From NCBI GenBank assembly GCA_951406725.2, contig OX597821.1, positions 85,188,001 to 85,252,000 of the forward strand: DNA of 64,000 bases, read 5' to 3'. Positions 26,379 through 39,351 of the stretch are shown one piece after another. Each line of letters starts with the position of its first letter. Within the stretch, counting starts at the first letter, position 1. The notes beneath the pieces are model-generated. The model was not told the origin of the DNA. It made no database searches and saw only the letters and a program-made list of their open reading frames with translations. Position numbers and translations under genes: made by a program. The stretch comes from Octopus vulgaris. Lineage: Eukaryota.

Positions 26379-27344
26379 ATATAAAGACAAAATTTATAAC
26401 AAATATTGCTATGAAATATTTGGTGGCTTTAGAATGTATTCACTGTGGAATATATTATTTTGATTTAGTCAACCTTATTCTTTTTGCATTATGTCTGCAG
26501 CCTTAAGTGGGGTGGATTGACAAAAGAATCATTAGAGCACTTGAAAAAATACCTTGCAGTCTTTCTTGCAACTCTTTGTGTTGTGAGCTCAAATACTGCC
26601 AGAGTCAACTTTACCTTAAATACCCACCAGGGTCAATAAAAAGAATTATTAGCCAGGTATTGAGGTCGATGGTATTGATTATATCACTCCACTCAAAAAT
26701 TGCATCCTTAAGCATAATTACTAACCTTATACAAGGGAGACTACAATAACAGAATACTGCTCCCTCGTCTGAGATGGTACTGTTACTACATATACAGACA
26801 TCCCAGCCTGCATCGCAAAGCAGACCACTCAAAGTGATTGGCATGAAGTCTCTGCTTAACTGAAGTGCTGCAGTTTCTGGTTAACTGAAGTGCTGACCCT
26901 TGTTCTTCCTTTTCTACTTCTGCTACAATAGATCTGCTTCTCAGAACTGCTAGAGCTCATATCATCTCCTCTTAGATCCATCCAAATCACCTGTATTTCC
27001 TGTTTGTGATCCACATTCCTGTCTACCACATCCACTCACAAGGCTTTGGTAGACAGAAATTGAAAGAAGCTCATCATATATAATGGTTTCAATTTTTTGG
27101 CACAAGGCCAGCAATTTCAGGGAAGAGGCTAAGTCAATTAGCTCAACCCCAGTGTTCAACAGGTACTTATTTTATCAACCCCAAACAGACGAAAGGCAAA
27201 GACAATGACTTGGCATTAATTTATTTTGTTTCTTTTTATTTGCTCTGTGTTGTGCATGTAACACATGTTGTCTGCAAGGTTCAGCCAATTTCCTTCAATG
27301 CATAATCAATTTCGAAATAATCTTTCAGTCTGGAAGAAAATCTG

Positions 27345-28523
27345 GCATACTTCCACACATGTGCATCTCCATCAACTTTGTTGCCTCATAACTTCCAGAA
27401 AAATGGATATTTTGTAATGAAGTTTTCAACAAATATGCTTTAGATTGTGTAGATTCCAATTATATCAGAATTTGCCCTGAAAAAACATTTTTCGTGAGTG
27501 GGTAGAGGAGTTTCAGAAAATTCATACGAGTCGGCTTTGTTTCCTCATAACTTTCAGAAAATTGATATTTTAAAAAGAAATTGTCAATAAATAACTTTCA
27601 GGGTGTGTAGATTCCAATTATAACAGAATTTAATATAAAATTCAAAATTGGTGAACTTGTCATATACATACATACTGACACACATCATATATATCTACAA
27701 ATTGAAACTTGAAATTTCATAAAAATTGTGATCTGTGTCAGTATGTCAGCTCACCAATTTTCTTTTTCAAATTAAATGACAATATAATCATAACTTACAC
27801 ACTCTGAAAGGTATTTGTAGAAAAAGGCGGTGAGCTGGCAAAATTGTTAGCATGCCGGGCGAAATGCGTAGCCATATTTCGTCTGCTGTTACGTTCTCAG
27901 TTCAAATTCCGCCAAGGTTGGCTTTGCCTATCATCCTTTCGGGGTCAATAGATTAAGTACCAGTTATGCACTGGGGTCAATGTAATCGACTTAACCCCTT
28001 TGTCTGTCCTTGTTTATCCCCACTATGCTTAGCCCCTTGTGGGCAATAAAGAAATAAAAAACGTTAGCACGCCGGGCGAAATGCGTAACCGTATTTCGTC
28101 TGCCGTTACGTTCTAAGTTCAAATTCCGCCGAGGTCGACTTTGCCTTTCATCCTTTCGGAGTCGATTAAATAAGTACCAATTACGCACTGGGATCGATAT
28201 AATCGACTTAATCCATTTGTCTGTCCTTGTTTGTCCTCTCTGTGTTTAGCCCCTTGTGGGTAGTAAAGAAATAGGTATTTGTAGAAAATTTCATTAAAGA
28301 AATATCCATTTTCCCAAAAGTTATGAAGAAACAAAACTGACTTGTGAATTTTCTGAAACCCTTCCACCCCACACTCAGAAAGTTTTTTTCAACACAAATT
28401 CTGATATTGTCACACCATCTGAAATGTATTTGTAGAAAATTTCATTGCAAGACATCCATTTTTCTGGAAGTTATGAGGAAACAAACCCTGCTGTTGTGGA
28501 GGGGCACATGTGGAGGTATACTG
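27345..28523. mobile_element. Old foldback/MITE-like palindromic element with ~150-bp internal subrepeats, interrupted by a SINE dimer
   Basis: cctcataacttccagaaaaatggat (27384) and atccatttttctggaagttatgagg (~28455) are inverted. Each arm contains a repeated subunit. Confidence 0.7.
27825..28272 (+). mobile_element. Head-to-tail dimer of SINE family B
   Basis: Full copy 27825-28056 plus a 5'-clipped copy 28059-28272. A single 16-bp TSD aggtatttgtagaaaa at 27809 and 28273. Confidence 0.9.
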
Positions 28524-29555
28524 AAAAATTGAATCTTTTATTTTCATTTTTTAGCTGAGTTTTCTTCGCTGTCTGGTGCTGACTTTTGAAGAATTCTTTC
28601 CTTCACTTACTGTATACTTAAAAACGAAAGATCACCTTATTTATAACCACTCACAGAAAGAAGTAAACTCGACCATAAACATGAGATAAAGCAAGATAAA
28701 AATCATTGACCTCTCCTCATCTGATAATATGGTAGACCTTCTCCTTAGCCAGTTATATTTACATAGTTTCTATATAAGGAAGAAAGAATTAATTGTTAGT
28801 ACTAACTACAGTTTGTGTAGCCACAGAAATAAATATCAGAGACTTTATTGTCCAACAGCAAACAGTTTTTTTCTTTTTCGTTTTGCTTTTAATGCAAAAA
28901 TTTTAAACAAACATTTAAACTGAATTTTTTTTTTCTCTTCTCTAAACTATTTTTCAACTCAATGATTGTCACAGAACTCAGGAAGTTTAAAACCAATCCT
29001 TTTGTGATTGACATGAAACTGTGCTGTGGAAATAAATGAGAAGTTATTCAAATCCAAGCAGATTTATTTATATTTCTATTTTCTTTTTTAGGGCAAGTGT
29101 AACAATGCAGCTGTTCTTACAATTGACTTATTTCTTAGTAGAATTCCTTTTCAGTTTGTAAACAGACCATTCAGTAAAACAGAATTTTATATATTAATTA
29201 GCGATTGTAAAGACAGTAATTACGATTAGTGTAGACAAGAAAAAACCGACAGCAAATACAAAAGACTCCCTCTCTCCTCATCCAGTCATCAGTTAAATAT
29301 TTTACTTAACTTCAACTTTCAGAAAATTCCTGGAAATATCATGGTAATCATCGTTGTGGTCATCTTCCCTTTTGCTTTCCAGTGAGTAGTTGCTGGAATG
29401 TTGTTGTTGTAGTTTAGGTCTAGGTCAGTTTTATATTCAACACACGGACGATTCAACAAAGGTACCTCACAAGAAATAGCTGACAAATCTACCTCAAACA
29501 ATACTCTGTCGAATTAGAAAAGAGAGGACTTAGTGAATACTTTTATCTTTATAGG

Positions 29556-29722
29556 TGTAGGAGTGGCTGTGTGGTAAGTAGCTTGCTTACAGACCACATG
29601 GTTCCAAGTTCAGTCCCACTGCATGGCACCTTGGGCAAGTGTCTTCTACTATAGCCTCGAGCTGACCAAAGCCTTGTGAGTGGATTTGGTAGACGGAAAC
29701 TGAAAGAAGCCCATCGTATATA

Positions 29723-29754
<32 letters not shown>

Positions 29755-29840
29755 CGAATGTGCGTGTATGTTAGTGTTTCTGGTGTGTTTATGTCCCCAT
29801 AACTTAGTGGTTCGGCAAAAGAAACCGATAGAATAAGTAC
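29556..29840 (+). mobile_element. SINE family A, 3'-truncated
   Basis: Head and body match the family; stops after gatagaataagtac. Confidence 0.85.
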
Positions 29841-30254
29841 AGTAAATCTTGTACACTGAATGTACTATATGGCAACTGTATCTACCCCTTTTTTACATAT
29901 TGAACAAGCCATTTCCTTAATGAAAATAAGGTCTTGTCTCTCTTCCTACTTATTAAAACTTTGGTATTTGTAAAAGTTACTTCAAGACTTCTTGATTCTA
30001 GGAATTTCTCTAAATTTTATAGATTTAATTATAAAAACTTGGTCATTTGCATACAGGAATTCCCATGGATAGCTATCTAAAATTCCTTTGTTGTAGCCTG
30101 AAGGATTATAAAAACTAGAAGGGCTGATGGCTGAGCCCTGTTGGACCACTACCTCCATGCTAAATTCATAATTTAAAAGCCATTGTCTATCTCTAGGTTC
30201 CTAACTAACCACCAGGTTATAGAATATAGAATTTTGTCAAAAGTTTTCTTTAGG

Positions 30255-31150
30255 TTTAGGGATTTAATCTGATGTAAGTACAGCTGCAGTTGACTGACAA
30301 GGAAGATAGAATTAGTACCTCTTCTTGGTACAAAAGCAAAGTACATCTCATCTCTACTAGTTCTCTCCCTAATCAGTTATGTTATAGCTTTTGCCATAAC
30401 TTTCATGTTCTGGTTCAACAATTCAATACCTCTGTAATTGTCTTTCACTTTTATTTTTGTAATAATTGACAATGATGCTGCTACTCAGATCATTGGGTTT
30501 TATGCCATCCTGTACTGAGTGGTTACGTGAGTGACCAGCATGTCACCTACTCTGCTGGATATTCTAGTCATCCCAGTGACAATACTTAGTGAGCTTGCTG
30601 TCTTCCATTACCTTCATATCAATAGTTGTGCTTACAACTGTACTACTGTCAACTTCACTGGCCAATCACTGTTGAGATTTCATGGGGTAGACTTTCTCTC
30701 TCTCCTATGCATTTCCTCATCTAGCAACATCTTTATAGGATTTCAATGTCTCTTTCTTTTCAGTGTCACTGAGGGCATTATCATTCCATACACACTTCTC
30801 TCTAATAGTGTTTTGGTTCTCTCTAGTACACTGCTTTGAAAACCAAAACATCTGATACTGTAAAACTTCTTGCTTTCTGCTTGACATATAGCTTCTCTTC
30901 TAGCTAAATGGTATTGTTCTTTGTTGTCCCCTTTCTGTCCTTGTTCCAGACTTGTGTCTTAGCTTTAATGTATCTGTCTAAAACACTGTTCCACCTTCAT
31001 GTCACTTTCCATTTACAGGAAACTAACACTTGTCACAGATCTACTCTGTAGCCTTCATCTAGTTGTCTCATCAGAACTCTAAATAGTCCTCAATGCCATA
31101 AATTTCCATCCCCTTCCTATCATCAAATACTTCAACCAGAATTCTGCTGA
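30255..31150 (-). mobile_element. Heavily decayed RTE LINE ORF (pre-RT/RT region)
   Basis: Minus-strand remnants PND.SSSIIVNYYK, NYRGIELLNQNMKVM, LIRERTSRDEMYFAFVPRRGTNSIFLVSQLQ match RTE RT domain 0-2 motifs, with frameshifts. Confidence 0.75.
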
Positions 31151-31262
31151 TTTGACAAATGTTCATAGTCTGGGGTGTATTTCTTTTTAAGCATTGTGCT
31201 AAGTTACAAGTATTCCAATATTGCAATGCATATCTATTGGAAAATGTGAATCTGGTAACGTT

Positions 31263-31644
31263 TGTAGTGGCATAAGCAGCCAGCGCCCTATTGGATGAGA
31301 TCTCGCAGAAGCCATTGCCATCTCCGAGACTGGAGCGAGACCTCATCTGCATCCGTTTGCCGTGTGCAAGATCACAACGAGGCTCGTAGTGGAGAAAACT
31401 ATATAAAGGGAAAACCCTCTTCAAATTCCTCTTCTTGGGCGCCATTATACAGCAGCACTGGCTGAACATCAGCACTGGCAGAGGTTTTCTGCCTGTCTAT
31501 CTCCAAAGGCAATGTGTCCACACTATCGGAGCTTAAGATGGTGGCTGAGAGTAGTACACTTCACCTTTCCTGTAAATAAACCAGTTGTAAATAGCATTTG
31601 TGCTTGAAGTCTTTTCTCTTCACCTGCCAGAAGCCTGAACTACA
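31263..31644 (+). mobile_element. Probable solo LTR
   Basis: TGTAGT...ACTACA inverted termini, 382 bp, CpG-containing. Internal TATATAAA (~31400) and AATAAA (~31575). No clean TSD seen. Confidence 0.6.
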
Positions 31645-33669
31645 TAAAGAACAAGAAAGATGATGGAAGGAAATGATATTCTTCCGATACCGTAAACCTT
31701 GCCTTCTATTATTAAACATTCAATAACATTTAAAGCTAAATCTGACCTATTTCATTGAAAATCCCTTTCAACACATAATTGTAGTGAAGATATGAGGACT
31801 TCACATTTCTCCTAATTTTTGCAATGAGTCCTGTCTATCTTCCCACACTATATATGAGTCAACAAGGGAACCTCTATGTGATCACTTGGCCAGCTAAAAA
31901 TAACAATCAATTCTCTCCTAGATTTTAGATAACCATCTTAAGGAAAAAAAAAACAAAAACAAAAAATGACATGTTGGATAATATAAACTGAAGTACACTA
32001 TGTCTGAAGAACTGGGGTGGTCAAGGCTAAAATATCTTTGATTATAGATCTGCTTAATCAGGACTCTAGTTACGTTAGCCATTCTAAAATAGTGTCCCAG
32101 GTGTAAATTAGCACTCAGACATGCTAATTATCTTAAAATAGCACTTCAGCCATGTTATCTCATCATGGTAAAGAAAAAAAAGTAAATCAATAAATAGAAA
32201 TTTCCTCCCCACTCATTGTAAACTATAGCAACAACAACTCTGTTCTAACATTACGTGTAATAATACTTTATCCCAAAGTCAGCTGATCTGTGAGTAATCT
32301 TATATAGTGTTTCTCAGATCTTACTTGAACTGGACGAGTCTAACCGCATCTTCATCTCTCCTTCCCTCTCACTCACTCACTCATTCACTGTCTCTCTCTC
32401 TCTCTCTCTCTCTCTCATTCTCTCCTCAAAGTGAATTTCTATAGAGGAAGGAAAACTCAAGGATATTAATAATTGAATTAAAACGGGAACATGATAAGGG
32501 TTTTATGTATTTTCACAATGTGAAAGTTTGTCCTAAATAACAAGGTTTTTCAACAATTAAATTCTGCTGTAAACAAATGAAGTATTGATATTATATCTCT
32601 GTAAGTTAGCATACCAAACAAAATGCTTAGCGGCATTTCATCTGTCTTTGCATTCTGAGTTCACATTCTGCTGAGGTCAGCTTTGCCTTTCATTCTTTCG
32701 GGGTCAATAAAATAAGTACCAGTTGAACTCTGGAGTTAATGTAATTGACTTATTCTCTGCCCCCAAAATTGCTGAACTTGTGCCAAAATTTGAAATTAAT
32801 ATTGTGGTTGGCGTTAGGAAAGGCATCCAGCTGAAGAATACCATGCCAAATCAGACTGGATCCTGGCACAGCATGCCAGCCCAGCCAAACCATCCAACCC
32901 ATGCCAGCATGGACAATGGACGTTAAATGATGATGATGATGATGATAATGATGATGATGATGATTGAATCTCTGTAGTAAGCAGTGAGCTGGCAAAATCA
33001 TTAGCAAGTCAGACAAAACACATGTGGCATTTCTCCCAGCTTTACAGTCTGAGTTCAAATCCTGCCAAGGTCACCATTGCTTTTCCTCCTTTTAAGATCA
33101 ATAAAATAAGCTGAGCACAGTTGCCGATGCATTCGATTAGCCCCCCCCCCCCATCTACTTCCTCACAAAATTTCAACCTTTAATAGAATTGAATATTATA
33201 CCATTGTATATCAGCTCAAAAGAAAAGTATTTTTATTCAATGAGAAGACTTCATATTCATTTGACTAACCAAGAACTCAACATCTCTCTCTAAACACTTT
33301 TATTAAGCTCATTTGTTCCTTTCCCATTGTTCCTGCTGTGTTGCCTTCTTCACTGTTTAAACATTTGTCAAATTCTTGTACTTCAAAACTAGATTTCACT
33401 CTGTTCATTTGGTTTTCCATCTACTAACTTGCTTTGGTCTGAATTACATATTAACTATCATAACCTCCTTGAATTTTTATAAACCCCTACATGTAAAATG
33501 ACTAAAGAAAACCATAAACAGAGAAGTCCATCCTTATTTTTTAAGCCTGATACTTATTATATTGGTCTATTTTGTCGAAGTGGACAAGTGATTTGTACTT
33601 TGTACTATTGCCCAAGGCCAACCAAAGTGCCTTGTGTGTGAATTAGATGGAAACTGAAAAAAGCCCATT

Positions 33670-33830
33670 GTGATGGTCATGATAACAATGATGATAATAA
33701 TAATTGTGGCTGTGATGGTGGTGGCAGTGGTGGTGGCAGAGGCGGTGGTAGTGATAGTGGCAGTGGTGGTGGTGATGGCAGTGGTGGTATTGATGATGTG
33801 GTGGTGGTGATGATGATGATGTCAATGATG
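33670..33830. repeat. (GGT/GAT/GGC)n trinucleotide low-complexity tract
   Basis: Directly visible. Confidence 0.85.
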
Positions 33831-33960
33831 GTAAGGATTGTTGGGTCAAATTTATTGGTGTTGACTTCAGCAGTATTTGAACTTAGAATGTAAAGAGCTT
33901 GAAGAAATTTTATCCGATGTACTGGACCTCTATGCAATCACTCTAATTGAATTTAAAGTA

Positions 33961-34225
33961 CATCATCATCATCATCATCATCGATTAACGTCTGTTTTCC
34001 ATGCTAGCATGGGTTAGATGGTTCGACCGGGGTCTGGGAAGCCAGGAGGGGGCACCAGGCTCCAGTCTGCTCTGGCAGTGTTTCTACAGCTGGATGCCCT
34101 TCCTAATGCCAACCACTCCGTGAGTGTAGCAGGTGCTTTTTACATGCCACTGGCACAGGGACCAGAGGAGGCTGGTAATGGCCACGATCATTTGGTGCTT
34201 TTTACGTGCCACCAGCATGGACGGC
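33961..34225 (-). mobile_element. RTE family 1, 3' UTR copy with 2 modules
   Basis: (CAT)n tail, ccatgctagcatgg, and two ggtgctttttac.tgcca cores. Confidence 0.82.
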
Positions 34226-34914
34226 AGTCAAAGTGTACAATAAATAGTAATATTATTTTCAAATTTTGGCACAAGGCCAGCAATTTGGGGGGCAGGGGAT
34301 AAGTCAATTACACTAACTCCAGTGCACAGTTGATACTTATTTTATTGACCCCAAAATGATGAAAGGCAAAGTCAACCTTGTCAGAATTTGAACTCAAAAC
34401 ATAAAGACAGATGAAATGCAGCTATGCCTTTAGCCTGGCGTGCTACCAATTTTGCTGCCTCACTGCCTTACAATTGCTAGTAAGATTCAAAACTTAGATA
34501 ATGTAGCTAGCTTTGTAGAAAGAACCCAGGTATTCAGAATCCACATACATCTAGACTCTATGTAAAAAGTGCCAGTTGAAACAGCTGGAGTAATATTGAA
34601 TGAGAAAATGTATGCAGTGAATAGCAAATGTAAATATAAAAACATTATTGATTGATCTATAAATATTCTTGGGTATGGCTGGTATTATTGTTGTTGTTGT
34701 TTTTGTTGGAGTCATTGATTATTCAGTTCAAAACTGCCTGAATATTTTGATCAATGGATGTATTTATTTATATGTCAGTCACAAATGATATCCATTGCCA
34801 CCTTCCAGAATGTCTCACACACCTGCACTTTTCCTCATCTTAGTGAAATTCTCTCGTAGATTAAAACATTTAAAATGGACTAAATGTAGTCACGTGATCA
34901 TAAGAACTTATCCT

Positions 34915-35120
34915 TGGTGACTTATGTGGTTATTTGGCCTGCTAGAAGTAGCAACCAAATTCTCCTTCAAACCAGTCCTTATAATCTAAAAGAAAAATGG
35001 GGAAAAGAGGGAGACATTGGATAAAGGAATTGTGTCAGTAAATAAGACAGGATGTTTACGGATGGTAGGTCTTGATCATGGGTCTACTCAATCAAAACTG
35101 ACTTGAGACTAAATAATAAC
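34915..35120 (+). mobile_element. Representative of an old, highly diverged retroposon-tail family with (AAC)n end; many other copies (e.g. ~4760, 11680, 12590, 15040, 16340, 31870, 51480, 53180)
   Basis: Recurrent degenerate motif ctgctagaaatagcagccaaat..ccctcaaatcacac ... gacacattggataatgtagtcc ... ggatggtcatggctggaat..ctttgatcatagg. Confidence 0.6.
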
Positions 35121-35154
35121 GATGATTCATAATTAAGGAGGAAAAATATGAAAC

Positions 35155-35320
35155 AGGCACAGGAGTGGCTGTGTGGTAAGTAGCTTGTTTACCAACCACA
35201 TGATTCCGGGTTCAGTCCCACTGCGTAGCATCTTGGGCAAGTGTCTTCTACTATAGCCCCGGGCCGACCAATGCCTTGTGAGTGGATTTGGTAGATGGAA
35301 ACTGAAAGAAGCCTGTCGTA

Positions 35321-35385
<65 letters not shown>

Positions 35386-35610
35386 ATGTGTGTGTGTTTG
35401 TGTATGTGTGTTTGTTCCCCTAGCATTGCTTGACAACCGATGCTGGTGTATTTACGTCCCTGTCACTTAGCGGTTCGGCAAAAAGAGACCGATAGAATAA
35501 GTACTGGGCTTACAAAGAATAAGTCCCGGGGTCGATTTGCTCGACTAAAGGCGCTGCTCCAGCATGGCCGCAATCAAATGACTGAAACAAGTAAAAGAGT
35601 AAAGAGAGTA
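35155..35610 (+). mobile_element. SINE family A, full length, with expanded internal (TA)n(TG)n
   Basis: Matches the family consensus seen across this window. Confidence 0.9.
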
Positions 35611-35878
35611 TGTGATTGTGAGTTTCTTCTGGATGTTTTACAGATTATTCAAGAACTTTCCAGAACATGAAGTATCCAAGTAGTACCTTGGTAGTTTGGA
35701 GCTATACCACATTTTTTTTTCCCCACAACATTTCTGCAGGGAAGACCATCTTGTTAAGACTGGAAAGCTGACAACCCCCTGCTATGGTCACCAAAAATAG
35801 TAAAGCTAAGAATGGAGTGCCATACAAAGTATAATGCAAACACCATTTCAAACATGGAGCAAGGAACACTCTTTGTGT

Positions 35879-36295
<417 letters not shown>

Positions 36296-36837
36296 CTGTG
36301 GCTAATGCCACGACCGTCGCTTCTTGCCCTTCTTGCCCATGATTTGCCTACTAACAAGATGAACATGAAACACAATCAATCTCTTCAGTTTGGGTGGGTC
36401 TGCAAAAGCCACAAGTGCTTCCCCTCCTTCTCTTACTTATTGTTAAAAAAAAAAAAAGGGTGAAAGAAAACCAATGACAAGGATGTGTCATCGGTTTTTA
36501 ACTAAAACATTTCCTTCTCTCTCTCTCTTGATGATTCAGCCTCTTGAAATCAGTTTCTGAAAGACTATCTCCGCCAACAGACACACCAAATATTGTTTCC
36601 AAGTTTGGCTCAAGGTCAGCAATTTTAGAGAGCCAATCCATTGCAGGCATGACCCTACCCCCATAACAATTACTGGTACTCATTTTCATTTGAGTGAATT
36701 GGAATAATATAAAGTGGAGGAACTAGACCCGTCCTCCACAGCAGAAGTGTCAAGGCCAAACCCTCTTGTGAAGAGGATTGTCCTGCAAGAGTCCTGTGCT
36801 GGTGCCACATAAATGGCATTTGTATTGGTTCAATATA

Positions 36838-37062
36838 TATTTCTTTACTACCCACAAGAGGCTAAACACAGAGGGGACAAACAAGGACAGACAAACAGAT
36901 TATGTCTACCCCAGTGCGTAACTGGTACTTAATTTATCGACCCCGAAAGGATGAAAGGCAAAGTCGACCTCGGCGGAATTTGAACTCAGAACGTAACGGC
37001 AGATGAAATACAGCTACGCATTTCGCCCAGCGTGCTAACATTTCTGCCAGCTCGCCACCTTA
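36838..37062 (-). mobile_element. SINE family B inserted into an older RTE family 1 UTR (~36770-37270)
   Basis: 15-bp TSD tattggttcaatata at 36823 and 37064. Confidence 0.88.
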
Positions 37063-37712
37063 TTATTGGTTCAATATAAAGGCACTCATGCTGGTGCCAT
37101 GTTAAAAGCACCAAGCACACATTGGAAAGTGGTTGGCATTAGGAATGGTATCCAGCTGTAGAAACCAAACCAAATCAGACTGGAACCTGGTGCAGCTCTC
37201 TGGCTTGCCAGCACTGGTCAAACTATCCAACCCCATGCTAGCATTATGATGATTATAATGATGATGATGATGAGGAGGAGGAGGAGGATGATAACATGAT
37301 GTTCAGCCCTAGAATCGAGCATAACTTTGCAGTTGTGAGCGCAACATTCAAACCAACAGGCTGGCTACACAGAGATGTAGTTGAGTAGCACAAGTCATTT
37401 TGTCTGATCATCTACTGAATCAGCCATCCATCACGCTCTCCCAATGAAATAATAATGATAATAATTTCCATAAGCAAAAAACTTCAAAGGTGATAGATGA
37501 TACATAGTTGGTTAGACTGAGGTCAGTATTCAACTGTTAATTAGGATGAAAAGCAAAGATAGCCTCAGTAAGTTTTCAACTCAGACAAGTATACAAGTAA
37601 TGCTTTGAGGCATTTTGCTTATCTCTCTACTGATGGTACCAATCTACCATCCTGCTTCAGTGAATAAATATTATGTATCAGACTGGCACTTTAGAATCTG
37701 AATATTTATACG

Positions 37713-37871
37713 AGCACAGGAGTGGCTGTGTGGTAAGTAGCTTGCTTACCAACCTCATGGTTCCAGGTTCATTCCCACCACGTGGCATCTTGAGTCTTCT
37801 ACTATAGCCTCGAGCCAACCAAAGCCTTGTGAGTGGATTTGGTAGACAGAAACTGAGAGAAGCCAGTTGTA

Positions 37872-37926
<55 letters not shown>

Positions 37927-38165
37927 ATGTATGTATGTGTGTGTATATGTTTGTGTGTCTGCATTTGTTCCCCCAACATCGCTTGACAACTGATGGTGGT
38001 GTGTTTACTTCTCCATAACTTAGCAGTTCAGCAAAAGAGACCAATAGAATAAGTATTAGGCTTCCATAGAATAAGTCCTGGAGTCGATTTGCTTGACTAA
38101 AGGTGGTGCTCCAGCATGGCTGTGGTCAAATCACTGAAACAAGTAAAAGATAGTAGAAGAGAGTA
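37713..38165 (+). mobile_element. SINE family A, moderately diverged
   Basis: Matches the family head, internal microsatellite and tail. Confidence 0.87.
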
Positions 38166-38642
38166 AAAAGAGAGAGTATACTTTCTGAACCTTGTGAAAG
38201 TAATCCATCCTTAATGGGCATGTCTGAAATTGTGTGAAATTTCTTTCCTTTCAACCACAGAAGGACAAAATGTAAAGTTGATCACAACAGAATTTGAGCT
38301 CAGAAGGTGAAAAGCTGTAACTGAATACCTCAAAGTATTTTGATCAACACTTATCAGATCTTCCAATTCTCTATTTTCAAAAATTGTTCAACTTTGACCA
38401 CTTTGGAAATATGGATAATTTAGAAAAGAAAACAACATAATAGGCTTACATTCTTTTATTGGAACACAAGGATCCACCTATTAATTTTAGAGGCAGGAAA
38501 GGGAAAAGGTAAGGAAATAGGAAGTTATATCATTCATTCCAATGTAAAAGTTTCTTAGGGAATTACATGAAACAAATTAGTTGTAACTGGGATATGCAGC
38601 TATATCCGTGACTTAACTTATTAAGAACTTCTCTCTGTTTGT

Positions 38643-39345
38643 ATCATCATCATCATCATCATCGTAGTCGTCGTCGTCATCATCATCATTATCATTGTCA
38701 TTTAACGTCCATTGTCCATGCTGGCATGCGTTGGATGCTTTGACCACGGCTGGTAACCTGGAAGGCAACACCAAGACTCCAGTCTGATTTGGCATGGTTT
38801 TCAACAGCTGGATGCCCTTCCTAATGCCAACCACTCTGAGAGTGTAATGGGTGCTTTTACATGCCACAGGCACAGGTGTCATTCGTGTGACACTGGTATC
38901 TGCCACGACTGTGCTTTTGCTTGGCTTGATGGGTCTTCTTCTCAAGCACAATATAATGCCAAAGGTCTCAGTCATTGATTGTGTGAGGCCCAACACTCAA
39001 GAAGAACTTAGCCACTTTGTCTCCCTGAGGCCCAATGCTCAAAAGGAACTCAGCCACTTTTCCTCCATGAGGCCTAATGCTCAAGAGGTACTCTTTACAT
39101 GCCACTGGCGTGGGTGCCTGTTACATGACACCAGCATCAGCCATGACTACAATTTCACTTGCTTTGACAGGTCTTCTCAAGCACAGCATATCACCAAAAA
39201 TCTTGGTCATTAATCATTGCCTCTGTGAGACTCAAAGTTTGAAGCTTATGCTTCACCACTTCATCTCATCTCTTCCTGTGTCTACTTCTACCACAGGTTC
39301 CCTCCACAGTTAGAGATCGGCACTTCTTTACACAGCTGTCCTCTT
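38643..39345 (-). mobile_element. RTE family 1, 3' end with internal duplications
   Basis: GAT tail and UTR. The ORF-end segment appears twice (~38930 and ~39170), and there are three ~42-bp tandem units tgaggcc(c/t)aa..ctcaa at 38984-39088. Confidence 0.75.
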
Positions 39346-39351
39346 TATATA

